A stretch of DNA of 63,696 nt, filler included, from Globobulimina sp. (GCA_003354225.1; 41 parts of 41 records of this genome joined end to end with filler, not necessarily neighbours in it); one strand, 5' to 3'; shown: positions 35,802 to 46,913, counted from the whole stretch's first letter. Notes: generated by a model from the letters alone, not told the origin. Made by a program: numbers and translations.

Positions 35802-36826
35802 AATATTTTTTCTTTTTTACAGACTTCATTAAAAATCAGCAAATTATTCTCTTCAAGAAACGAAAATAATTCCTCTTTTTTGACCTTTGTTTCTTTATTT
35901 AACTGATTGATGGCATCTAACTGTTCCTGCGTGGTTGTACCGCGTTGTTTGGTCGATATGGCTTTGAGTGCTTGTGCAGGTTTTGACATATTCTGAAGTC
36001 TTTTATGGATATAAATATAGACTATATCCATTTGATACAAATTGTTTTGTTCAATATCTCTATTTGATATAAATTGTTTTTGCTTTTTCTTACTAATTCC
36101 CTCAATGTCTCTTTCTAAATCATTAATTTTTGTCACTTTGGTTTGACATATTCGATATTCTTCAGCTAAATTATTATAATTTGTATTTTTTCGCTGCATA
36201 TCGTTTCCATGCAACTTATTTAAATCAGATATGTGATTTTCTAACTCATCAAACTTCGCTTCACATAATGTAACATTTTCTTTATACACTCGTTGAATTC
36301 CCATTTTTTCAGATTGTAAATCAGCATTCAAACCATTGAGTTCCTGTATTGTCTCACGAAGTTTCTGCAAATCAGCATTGAAATTATTTCGTACAATATT
36401 CTCAACATTGCCATTAATACAATCTGCATATTGCACATAAACCAACATCCCAATTAATGCAGGTAAACATATCCATGATAATATTAAAAACACTGTCATA
36501 CATTTCTTCTCATCTTTTTGTTGTGAGCTTGTCTTTTTTTGTTGCGCTAACTGTGATTTGTATGTTTCTAAATTATTTTCATAGTCTCTTACTAAATGTT
36601 TTAATCTTTCGTTTTGTTGTTGTAATTTATGATTATTAAGTTCTGCTTCTTCTACAATTTTAGATATTTGTTCTTCATTTTGTGTCCATACTTGTTTTAT
36701 GCGAATCCAAGATGAACTTGATTGTTGTTGTTCAACACATGTATTTAGTGCATCATCCGTTTGCGTATCGTTGCTATTACTCTCGATCCCATCATTTTCA
36801 TTTTGCATTTGCTTTGTGTTAGACAT
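35802..36826 (-). CDS. Single-TM coiled-coil protein (3' truncated)
   Basis: Heptad-rich regions flank one TM (VFLILSWICLPALIGMLVYV). Confidence 0.65.
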
Positions 36827-36896
36827 CAGAGGATGTCCAACTAAGTATTTTGAAAAACTGTTGCTTCGCTCTTCGCTTCTTTCTTTCTTCCTTTAC

Positions 36897-37257
36897 ATGT
36901 GGCACTGTCCATAAATTTAGAATTTTAGAATTTTAGAATTTTAGAATTTTTAGATTTAGAATTTTTAGAATTTTTGTTGTATACCGAGTATGAAGAAGGA
37001 GCTGCAAAATATGGATTCCTACTAGAAGCAATCGACATACTTGCAAACAATGTTATTTATACATATTATTCTGACATCATCATACAATCGAACATGTATA
37101 AATACTGCTTCTTTATATCATTGCTAAACTTATGGGGTATAATATTTCCATATCTCGTTCAATCATGGACCAACTTACTGAAACTTAGTGGAAATGAAAA
37201 ATGGTGCCTAACATCTAGTTACCGCTTCCACATTGCGATCAACCTATGCAAAGTTTA
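36897..37257. repeat. Dispersed repeat copy 1, with internal (TTAGAATT)n microsatellite
   Basis: 37009-37136 aligns with 54521-54648; other blocks match in inverted orientation. Confidence 0.85.
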
Positions 37258-37357
37258 NNNNNNNNNNNNNNNNNNNNNNNNNNNNNNNNNNNNNNNNNNN
37301 NTTAATTAATTAANNNNNNNNNNNNNNNNNNNNNNNNNNNNNNNNNNNNNNNNNNNN

Positions 37358-38208
37358 TTAAGTGCAGGGTTGTATTTTAAAGACTGCAATGTCAACAATG
37401 TTATCGTTTTAGAAGCTCGTCCTCGTGTTGGCGGCAGAGTGTGTACTGAGAAAATTAAATTAGATGATGGAACTGAAACAGAGATGCCGCCTTGCTCGAC
37501 TTTTCTTGACCGAGCAGGAGCAAGCATGAGTCGAGCATCTGCAGTTACTGAAACGAATATAGAAACGGGCGGTGCCTATGTTGGAAATACACAAAATAGA
37601 TTATTGCGCTTATGCAATCGCTTTGGAATCAAAACCTATCACATAAATATGAGAGGTAAATCCATATTGGAATATAATTCACGATTGTCTTGCTATGAGG
37701 GAACAATCGCTACCAATGTGGGTATATCGACATTACTGGATTTAAATCATGTTATCCATGAAACGGATAAATTGGCCAAGAATATTAATACAATCAATAT
37801 ACAGTCATCAAACATAAGTAAACATGCATTGAATAAATATGATAATATGACCGTTGAAGAATGGTTACAATCAATTTGCACAAATACGGAAGCTATTGAA
37901 CAATATAAAGGTGCGATCCGTGCCGTTGTTTATGCGCAGCCATCGCAAATATCATTATTATTCTGGTTAAATTATGTGAAAAACGCAAATGGTTCAACAA
38001 TGCATTTGGTAGAGACGAAGAATGGTGCTCAGGACAGCAAAATCATTGGAGGAGCACAAAGTGTCTGCGAGGCAATGCAGAAAGAAATTGGTTTTGAGAA
38101 AGTAAAATTAAAACATTGTGTAAAGTTAATTGAGCAAAATGAAGAGTATATCACTGTACATTGCACCAATTCATTCTCATTTAAATCGAAATATTTGTTA
38201 TGTTCAAT
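37358..38208 (+). CDS. Flavin-containing amine oxidase (MAO-like), truncated, with a 25-aa insertion
   Basis: VIVLEARPRVGGRVCT, ETGGAYVG.TQNRLLRL, YDNMTVEEW, SLLFWLNYV, GAQDSKIIGG. Confidence 0.9.
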
Positions 38209-38914
38209 CAGATACGAGTTCAACAATTTGAAGGATCGCTTGGAAGTGCTCTTCGCGCCAGCACCGAAGCGTTTGAAGAGGAACAGTAGCGGTCCTGAAC
38301 CCCCTTCTGTGCCAGAGCTCATTGTGGATACTACTGGTGGCATCGCTGGCCCAGACCCCTCCAAGGATGCTCACGACACCATCATGGACGATGCCTCGAC
38401 TGCAGGAGATACCTTCGAAGATTCCCAAAGTGGTTGGTAGAAACATAAATCAGGGTCGGCGGCATGATAGAAGATGTACCAGAACTGCAACTCTTGCAAA
38501 CTAGACATGGCACTAGATCGAAGGTCGCTGATCACATTGAGAAAACATACATATGCACATCAACCAGTGAACAGCAGGTCACATCAACCACTGCAACCAG
38601 AGCCAGACAACATAAATCAAGCTTATATAAAAGGCCACACAATGTTGATTTGTATGTGGGCATATGTATTGATTTTTTAGCCAGACCGGAGCTGTTGTTC
38701 ATTTTTAACATACTAGCAGAATACCTGTGGAATTGAATACTGAGGGCGCCATAGGCCTGTCTCGTACCTGTTTGCTTTTAAACCCTGATAGTAAAACTAA
38801 AACCTGTACTAACNNNNNNNNNNNNNNNNNNNNNNNNNNNNNNNNNNNNNNNNNNNNTTAATTAATTAANNNNNNNNNNNNNNNNNNNNNNNNNNNNNNN
38901 NNNNNNNNNNNNNA

Positions 38915-40153
38915 TCACATCAGCGATGAAGCACGACGTTTATTCTGCAACACAAAAGATGCAGATTTTCTTCTTTTCAGTGATTTCGTACTTTTATTAA
39001 ATGTTACAGAACTTTTGTTTTTCCGTTTTTTACTTTGTTTATATATTTTTTCTTTGACTTTATTGAAATCAGAAGGTAATACTTGTGACCATGAATGCAA
39101 TGGAGGCTGAGTTACAAACGGAATTATACCTTTTGTAACACATTCAGATTGCTTTAATGGTTCTTGTCGAGCTTCCTTCCGTTTTTTCAATGCTTCCAGT
39201 TCAGGAAAGTCAATTAGCTCCATCTCATCCGCTGTTATGTATATATTATTTTTATTTCTTATATTAATTTTTGTGTATGTTTCATTAAATTTGTATAGTT
39301 TTGTACATTGTGCATACACAGCATCTTTCATCCCATATCTTAATATATTAGTTAATATTTGTGATGAGACGCATTTTATTTCTTCATTTTGTGACTGTAG
39401 AAATAGAAATGGATACAATATGGACAATATGTTATTTGCTGCAACTGTTTTTGCACAAATACTATTCATACACATTGTAGATATTAATTGCAATAATTTC
39501 ATAATATTTGATTTTGTTTCGTGTGTGTGTGGTATTGGTAATTTACATAAATAGTCAACAATTATTTCAAAACCGTTGTTTTGGATAAACGTTTCACTAA
39601 TTTTCAGATTTAATTTGCAAATTGAACTTATTAAATTAATGCAGTATGTAATCGATATAATGCCAGCTTTATAAGTTGGGGTTGGAGATGGTTTATAATT
39701 TGACATATATTGCAAGCACATTTCCAATCCATTACTTTCAAACATTTGCGTCGATGTATGTTCAGAATGAAAGACACAATTATGACAAATGTTAAGCGCA
39801 AGCTCAATCATGTTGTTATTTTGGTTATTGTTTGCTTCTACAAATGTAATCAGATAATGTATGCCGTGATGTAATCGGAATATTAAACATGATCTTTTAT
39901 CATTATCTGTGAAATAGCTTAATATTCTAATGACGATTAATCCATTTTCGTTTCCATTTTCATTTGAAATGGTGTTTTTTTTAAATTTATTGTCTTGAAT
40001 ATTTAATAAATCAACAATAGCGCCAACTAAACCAGTTTGTAATATACAGTCTTCATATTTTTTGTTTATTTTCGCAATTGATTCAATACATAATAATACA
40101 CTTCGTAGTCCATAATACGATGTTGAGAGTGTTATATATTCCAAGAAAATCAT
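38915..40153 (-). CDS. Armadillo-repeat-like protein (extends upstream)
   Basis: Repeated ARM-like xxGx..l.. helices (QTGLVGAIVDLL, HHGIHYLI, SNGLEMCL, NNGFEIIV); basic tail. Confidence 0.65.
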   Translation of the reverse strand: MIFLEYITLSTSYYGLRSVLLCIESIAKINKKYEDCILQTGLVGAIVDLLNIQDNKFKKNTISNENGNENGLIVIRILSYFTDNDKRSCLIFRLHHGIHYLITFVEANNNQNNNMIELALNICHNCVFHSEHTSTQMFESNGLEMCLQYMSNYKPSPTPTYKAGIISITYCINLISSICKLNLKISETFIQNNGFEIIVDYLCKLPIPHTHETKSNIMKLLQLISTMCMNSICAKTVAANNILSILYPFLFLQSQNEEIKCVSSQILTNILRYGMKDAVYAQCTKLYKFNETYTKINIRNKNNIYITADEMELIDFPELEALKKRKEARQEPLKQSECVTKGIIPFVTQPPLHSWSQVLPSDFNKVKEKIYKQSKKRKNKSSVTFNKSTKSLKRRKSASFVLQNKRRASSLM

Positions 40154-40469
40154 TAATATTTCATCGACAGATATTGTTGGTTGTGATCCGTGAAGAGCTG
40201 CATTAAAATTAACAACAAGTTAATATTAATAATATTTTATGGAAAAATAGTGCATTCTACATACATCCATTGGATATAAAAGATATGGTTGAATTACAAA
40301 CATTGATGACTGATTCATCTGATCCTTGTCTCAATTTTTCAAATACATTGTTGCTTTCGAGATGTTTTGNNNNNNNNNNNNNNNNNNNNNNNNNNNNNNN
40401 NNNNNNNNNNNNNTTAATTAATTAANNNNNNNNNNNNNNNNNNNNNNNNNNNNNNNNNNNNNNNNNNNN

Positions 40470-41692
40470 GTCAAAACATCATCAGACATATTATTGATAT
40501 GCTCCTCTGAGTCCATAGACGACGCAGACAACGACACATCAATTTTATTTGGCGATGAACTGGTGGTCGTAATGGGATCCATATCATTTGTATTCACATT
40601 CAACAGCCACGAATATATCCGTCTATTCACCGAAACTTCGCGAAACAGCATAACCGGCAACAATCCATGAACTAATAACAATATTTGCCTCGGCTCCAAC
40701 TTGCCTAACAATACCTCATTGAGCTGGAAGTGCGCATTTAATAAATCTAAAATGTTTCTTTTTGCTAAGATATTGTCAGAGTCTCTCAACACACATAGCC
40801 AGGCCTCAATGCATAATGTTTCATTGCTTTTGCACAGCTCCAGACATTCCTGTCGCAGTGCCTTGTCTTTGAATAATAAGTTGAGATAATGTGTGGCGGA
40901 AATGCGAACCTGACGGTGTATGAAAACGGAATTGTTGTTTATGGAAAGTAGTCTTTGCAAACACATACATGCGAACAGCAACAAATTGTCCTCATAATGG
41001 CGCTAAAAAAGAAGGGCAAACCCGTGTTTTGTGCGAGTTGATGCAGTAATTGCACTGCCTGGAAATATAACGGAGTGTGTTGTTCCTCGATGCATGGCAA
41101 CAAGGAAGTAATTATGCCGTCCAATGCCACTCTGCAGGGCTCGCCCAGTGAGATGACATATTCTTTCAATAACTTTAATAAAATGGGCCTGACTCTGGTG
41201 GAGGCGAAGGAGGCCAAAGGCAATAAGCCGCATAGCCAAAGGCCTAAGTCTGCGATCAAATTTTGGCGAGACAGGTTTTGGAATACAGCTTGATACACTT
41301 CGATGGCTTTTAAGTGAACGCCGGCGGGGCGTCCAGGGGTCAAACACATTGCCAACACTTTGCAGACCTGCACTGTATGCGGCAATACCCGATGTCTGTA
41401 GGCATCCATGGATGGCGAGGACTGGACAGCTTCGTTGAATTCGTCGTGAATGTGTTTGAATTTCATGAATACTCTGTGCAATTTACTTAGGTTTTGAATT
41501 AAATCCGCCCATTCGCGAGTTTTTTGAAAGCCATCGAGTGCTGCTTTCAACTCGGATCGGTATTGTTTATGAGTTAAATGCTTGCTCTGTTTGTGTGAGG
41601 GTGGTGTTTAAAATTTTGAATTAAGTTGGGAATAATGTAAAAGGGTTCTGAACTTTAGAGTGTATCGTGGGGATGGTGGCATCCGAAGACAT
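40470..41692 (-). CDS. DOP1: Dopey/DOP1 family protein, N-terminal part
   Basis: EWADLI..L, LAMCLTPGRPAGVHLKAIEVY, LAKRNILDLL, REVSVNRRIYSWLL. Introns 41587-41653 and 40910-40968. Confidence 0.92.
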
Positions 41693-42064
41693 GCTTTCGA
41701 GACTTTGAGTTGAAAAGATTTTAGGAAGAATGTAACATGACCCCGCCAACGATCCTGTCGATCTGTTTTCTGCAAATGACATAAGCACTTTCGTATCGAA
41801 TTCCTTTGATGAGCCAACATAAGAAGCACACAAATCAATAATATCTTCTGTCAAAGTAATAACTCTCTCCTCAACAGATAAGTCTCAGCATGTACATAAA
41901 CAACATACTTTTGATTTACGGAACCNNNNNNNNNNNNNNNNNNNNNNNNNNNNNNNNNNNNNNNNNNNNTTAATTAATTAANNNNNNNNNNNNNNNNNNN
42001 NNNNNNNNNNNNNNNNNNNNNNNNNCGAAAAATACTTAGTTTGACATAGTCAATTATAGCTCTG

Positions 42065-43393
42065 ATGCTCGTCAGTAAACATAGGTTATTTCCAATTCAT
42101 TATCAATTGCGAGGTTATCATGTTCTTAGTCGATTTTGTTTTTGTTCCCAACGGCAAAGTATACGCGGTCCAAATCCATCAGCTCCGTCAGGTTCGAGAT
42201 CATCACAATTGACATTAGAATTATATATGAAATCAGCAGCATCGCGAAAATCAACAGAATCTGTTTCATTTTCAAGTAAATGCAATTTATTTTTGCGATC
42301 ATTATATAAATGTTATTATTCGTCATCGATACAATTTCGATTATTTTATGGCTCCTTATTATCATTGCTGATATTCGGAGATTATTTGGATCGCAAATAT
42401 GTGGAATGTCGGGACCCAAATGGAATATATTCATTTTTGTCTGAATCGCCGGAAGAGTCAATAATGGACGAATGCCGCACCGGCGATATCATGGTATTTC
42501 AACGGCCGATTTTGTCCTTTAACCCGGCAAATATTATCCGGACATCACTGCGGCAGTTCGCATGCAAAGGGCCCTACGATCACTGCGCTATGCTCGTTCA
42601 TAACAGCCACGAAATCGACCAAAACTATGCCAACAAACTCAGGATTACACCCTTTGACGAACGCATATTAACGGCCCGCGAATCTGCCATATTTGTGAGA
42701 CAAATTCACAAATCAAACAAGAAAATCATTACAGCGAAAAATAAGAAATTTAGTGATTGGATTGATTGCAAAGTCAACGGTTTTGATGACCAACATCATA
42801 ATAAAAGTAACATTGATGAAATCGAGTCGCTTTTTGCTAATATTAATATTTCTTCAAAGAGGGATTCCATATTATCCATACTAACGACCTTATGTTTCAA
42901 TGGCGACAACACAGTAAAAATACGGTCATCGATAAGAGATTTAACCCGCAAAATCCGTCAAAATGAATATGAGATTACAACTCAACTGAAAGGGACAAAT
43001 AACAGAAAGAATATGAATAATATCAACATTCAATTAAATAATATTCAAACTAAAAGACATGGAAGAATCCGGAATACGGATCAATTAATAAAAGAAACAG
43101 CGAGGGAATTATCGCGGAGAGAGACTTTGTCTCTGTCGCAATTATCGAAGGAGAAGGAAAAGGAGAATGGAAAAGGCGCCAAACGCAAATCGTCGTCGTC
43201 GTCGTTTATGCGCATATTTTCTACAAAGAAAGAGCGCGAACACAAAGAGTCTGAGAACAAAGCGGAAGAATGGCGGAGTGTGCACGAGATTGTGATTTCC
43301 GACCTGTTGTATATGAAAGTTGTTTTGTTTGTTGTTTTGTTTGTTGTTTTGTTTGTTGTTTTGTTTGTTATTTTGTTTGTTATTTTATTTTAA
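42065..43393 (+). CDS. Mitochondrial-type presequence + TM + permuted NlpC/P60 (YiiX-like) region; 3' end uncertain
   Basis: R/S-rich leader, then TGDIMVFQR...YDHCAMLV. Confidence 0.55.
   Translation: MLVSKHRLFPIHYQLRGYHVLSRFCFCSQRQSIRGPNPSAPSGSRSSQLTLELYMKSAASRKSTESVSFSSKCNLFLRSLYKCYYSSSIQFRLFYGSLLSLLIFGDYLDRKYVECRDPNGIYSFLSESPEESIMDECRTGDIMVFQRPILSFNPANIIRTSLRQFACKGPYDHCAMLVHNSHEIDQNYANKLRITPFDERILTARESAIFVRQIHKSNKKIITAKNKKFSDWIDCKVNGFDDQHHNKSNIDEIESLFANINISSKRDSILSILTTLCFNGDNTVKIRSSIRDLTRKIRQNEYEITTQLKGTNNRKNMNNINIQLNNIQTKRHGRIRNTDQLIKETARELSRRETLSLSQLSKEKEKENGKGAKRKSSSSSFMRIFSTKKEREHKESENKAEEWRSVHEIVISDLLYMKVVLFVVLFVVLFVVLFVILFVILF
43319..43390. repeat. 12-bp tandem repeat (GTTGTTTTGTTT)n, probably intronic
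   Basis: About 6 units starting at a GT after AAA; produces a spurious VVLF repeat in the ORF. Confidence 0.85.
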
Positions 43394-43581
43394 TTATTTA
43401 TTTTATATTTGTTCGTCTTCGATGTGTTGCGGAACAAGTGTATACTTGCTCCGCTATGCAGATCCGCAATAAATGAGCCCANNNNNNNNNNNNNNNNNNN
43501 NNNNNNNNNNNNNNNNNNNNNNNNNTTAATTAATTAANNNNNNNNNNNNNNNNNNNNNNNNNNNNNNNNNNNNNNNNNNNN

Positions 43582-45036
43582 GAATATATTTATAATAAAT
43601 TAGGTGGTATTTGTGATATTAAAACATGTGAAAAGTTCAAAAGAAATTATCGAAATCGGAGTGAATATAAATCTAATCAAATAATTCCAAGTATGGACAC
43701 CGAAGAACTGGTAAATCTACAGATCTCTGATAGAATTCATTGTTTTTATCGTCATTCGTATGATATCGGATACAGAATAACCAGAAAAGAGAGATTTATA
43801 ATAAACAATGTTGAGGAAGAAGGAGATGGAAATGAAGATAATTATTTTGTTAACAAACAAAGAAAAAAATTAAATGATTTGTTGTTGGAAAAGCATGATT
43901 TTTACCGAGAAGCAGGTGGATTAAGACGGATCACAAAATTTAATGAATTACGATTTTATAACAACAATGACGGAGATGGGGATCATAAATATGAAGAAAG
44001 AAAGGAAAACTTTGAAAATATTAACGATAAACTATATAGTTTTGGCTTTGATTACAGATATAAGCGGTGGGAGGACGATATGCGATGGAAAAGTATGTAT
44101 TTCATTGAAAATAAATATCCGTCATTAAAAGAAGAGGTTACAGAAAATAAATGTGCTCCCATTGACATTCTACAATTTAATAATGAATATAGCAAAGCGA
44201 AGCGACATTTTTCTACAAAATATTCCAAAAACATTATGAATAATTTAGGTAAGATCCATTTTTTTTTTAAAATATTTTAAAATGCATTCTTTGTAGATCC
44301 TATACATCGCAGAAGATTTGAACTTGGAAAAATAAGCGTTTCTGTGAATCATTTATTGGTAGTTTTGTTATATTGTAACTATGATCATTTACAATATGAA
44401 TTCAGTAAAACGTATCGGAAAGACTCAGCTGGAGAAGGTTATGAATCTGTGGTCAAACGGCATCAACATTTTTATTGGTTTGGAATGTATTTGAAACAAT
44501 GTGTGCATTGGTTTGGAGCTCGAGTTGAACATAGTAAGGCGAAGAAAGTGTATCATGGCATTAATCAGACAATGTTGTTGCCGTTTGGCCATACAAGGGA
44601 TATATTCGGCCATTATGAATACGCAAGTGTTCGAATAATGTGTCCATTGTCCACAAGTTCATCATTTGAAGTTGCTATTCATTTTGCAGGAAATGGTGGA
44701 ATTATTGTTGAAATTGGCGATTTTGATGTAGGTAAATACCATTTTCATGTAATGACAACAACAAAGCATTTTGCATGTGATTGGCTTTCAGGCTTTGGAA
44801 ATGAAAAAGAATATTTATTTATACAGAATAAGGAAATATTTATGGTCAATAATATCAGCGAAGCTGCATCAGGCACTGAGTATGGATTGATACTGCAGGC
44901 AATAAATATTTTGGAATGTATTGTAATCAAAAATAAACCAACGATCACTGAATTGATGAAGACATTGATACCTAAGATTGTAGAGAATGAATTATCAAAA
45001 ATATTTCCAAATAAATATGCAAAATTTCCGAGTTTA
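43582..45036 (+). CDS. ADP-ribosyltransferase-like domain protein (both ends truncated)
   Basis: Phase-1 intron 44249-44296; VYHG (44548), PLSTS (44644), GGIIVE, WLSGFGNEKEYLF (~44800). Confidence 0.7.
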
Positions 45037-45136
45037 NNNNNNNNNNNNNNNNNNNNNNNNNNNNNNNNNNNNNNNNNNNNTTAATTAATTAANNNNNNNN
45101 NNNNNNNNNNNNNNNNNNNNNNNNNNNNNNNNNNNN

Positions 45137-45443
45137 AAATTCTGTGAACAATTCTCGCGATGTCTCCACCGCCCATGTAAGCCATAACTGTCCTGGCCCA
45201 GAACAGGTCACTGAAATGCAGTGACAGGCCGGTGGCTGCCAGGATTATAAACGTTATAAAAATAAGAAGATGCTGAATAACGATATGAATGGAGTAACGC
45301 GGCAGATCACCCAAAGGATCTGATTTAACATACCTGAATATGTCCCGGGGTATTTCCCCAACGCCTTTTACATATGTAAAATCATCCTCATCCGTTCCGG
45401 CATTACTTGCTGAAACGTCAATACTTTCCGTATATGTTGTCAT
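45137..45443 (-). CDS. Bacterial cytochrome b/b6-type membrane subunit (FdnI-like; 3' truncated)
   Basis: RYSIHIVIQHLLIFITFIILAATGL..ARIVHR; GGAGG RBS upstream; starts 12 nt after the cytochrome c stop. Confidence 0.85.
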
Positions 45444-45455
45444 ACAACCTCCAAA

Positions 45456-46556
45456 TTAATTATCATATTTTCTTCGCCGCGATTCTCCCCGCCAGGTGGT
45501 TCCCCGTCTTACCTGCCATTTGATTCCGTCTTTCTTCCTTCCGTATGTTTCAAGCAGCAAAAGCGATAACAGCCCGAACATAGTACCATATAATACAAAA
45601 TGAAGGACGGAATTAACATAATAAAGGACAGGCTTCTCGCCACGGTCTATCCTAGAATGAACATCAATCTGGATAAACTTTTCATTAACGTTTTCATGGC
45701 ACTGCCGGCAGGTGGTTTCAAGGTTCTCCTTGTTTACCATCGCCTCTTTTTCATCTTTTTTATAAATGTCATGAATGGCCGCCGTTGCATGGCAACTGAC
45801 ACAATCTGCCGTTTTTTCCGAACCCAGTGCAACAGCCTTGCCGTGTATCGATTGTCTGTATGTTTCAACGGATTCGATGCTTTCCTTCGAAACATCGAAT
45901 TTTTTCATCAACTCAATATCTTCGTGACATTTTGAACACAGATGCACAATCTCCTGGGGTGAACGCGACGTTTTTGATCGCAGCCGGTGAGTAATATGTT
46001 TATATGCCTGCGTTACCCCTTTTTTCTGGTGGCAGTTCAGGCAACGCAGAAGTGTTTCTTCAAACGCGATTCTATCTTCTTCAACCCTTTTAAACTGGGG
46101 GTTGAGATGACAATATTTGCAGTCCGGCTTTGCTTTTTGCAACTCCGGCGAATCTTTGGATTTGATCCCGTGCGCGCTTTTTTCATAGACTTCAATAATG
46201 TGTTTATGGGAAAAATTCTCTTCGGAAAAAGGCGGTTTGATATGGCATTCATTGGCGCAATTAACTTCCTCCTTAACGGATTCATGGGGAAGTTTTGTGA
46301 TATTTACATGGCAGTCCCGGCAGGGAACATTTCGATGCGTGGAGTTTGTAAACATAGCTTCATCTACATTGTAGTTGACTCTTCTGCCGTCTTCATCGAT
46401 TCTGCCGATAAATCTGTATTTGTGGCACATCAGGCAGTTTTCCTTGTCTGCTGCTTCAGAATACCCTTCACATAAGACCATGACGCAACATAACGTGCTT
46501 AAAAACAAAACAAATAAAGATGCATGTAACTTCAACGGCTCACCCCTTTTCTTCAT
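45456..46556 (-). CDS. Bacterial membrane-anchored multiheme cytochrome c (~8 hemes)
   Basis: Signal peptide; seven CxxCH motifs (CLMCH, CRDCH, CKYCH, CLNCH, CSKCH, CVSCH, CRQCH) plus CANECH; C-terminal TM; no introns. Confidence 0.93.
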   Translation of the reverse strand: MKKRGEPLKLHASLFVLFLSTLCCVMVLCEGYSEAADKENCLMCHKYRFIGRIDEDGRRVNYNVDEAMFTNSTHRNVPCRDCHVNITKLPHESVKEEVNCANECHIKPPFSEENFSHKHIIEVYEKSAHGIKSKDSPELQKAKPDCKYCHLNPQFKRVEEDRIAFEETLLRCLNCHQKKGVTQAYKHITHRLRSKTSRSPQEIVHLCSKCHEDIELMKKFDVSKESIESVETYRQSIHGKAVALGSEKTADCVSCHATAAIHDIYKKDEKEAMVNKENLETTCRQCHENVNEKFIQIDVHSRIDRGEKPVLYYVNSVLHFVLYGTMFGLLSLLLLETYGRKKDGIKWQVRRGTTWRGESRRRKYDN

Positions 46557-46913
46557 ATTTTCTATCTACATTTGATGGCATTCTATACACANNNNNNNNN
46601 NNNNNNNNNNNNNNNNNNNNNNNNNNNNNNNNNNNTTAATTAATTAANNNNNNNNNNNNNNNNNNNNNNNNNNNNNNNNNNNNNNNNNNNNCTCATTCAC
46701 TGTGCTTTCAACTCGTATTGCTATCAACTTATAATCTCACCGCCTGTCAGTGATGATGTCGTGAATAGAATTTTGATTTACTCAGATAGGTCGTAAGCTG
46801 TTTTCAATCGGACTTATCTGAGTAAAATCGACCTAAACTCCGAACTCATAAATTGAGAATATAATGATAACGGACTCAATATTAAATATACTACACAAGA
46901 CAGTAAAATATCA

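Noticed and set aside
36916-36975. (TTAGAATT)n as a telomeric repeat
   Set aside because: Internal, short and irregular; it sits within the dispersed repeat
43270-43476. VVLF / CCFV repeat peptides
   Set aside because: Translation of a 12-bp tandem repeat that probably lies in an intron
43582-46591. Horizontal transfer or operon linkage between the ART-like gene and the bacterial cytochromes
   Set aside because: They lie on different contigs that are adjacent only because of length sorting
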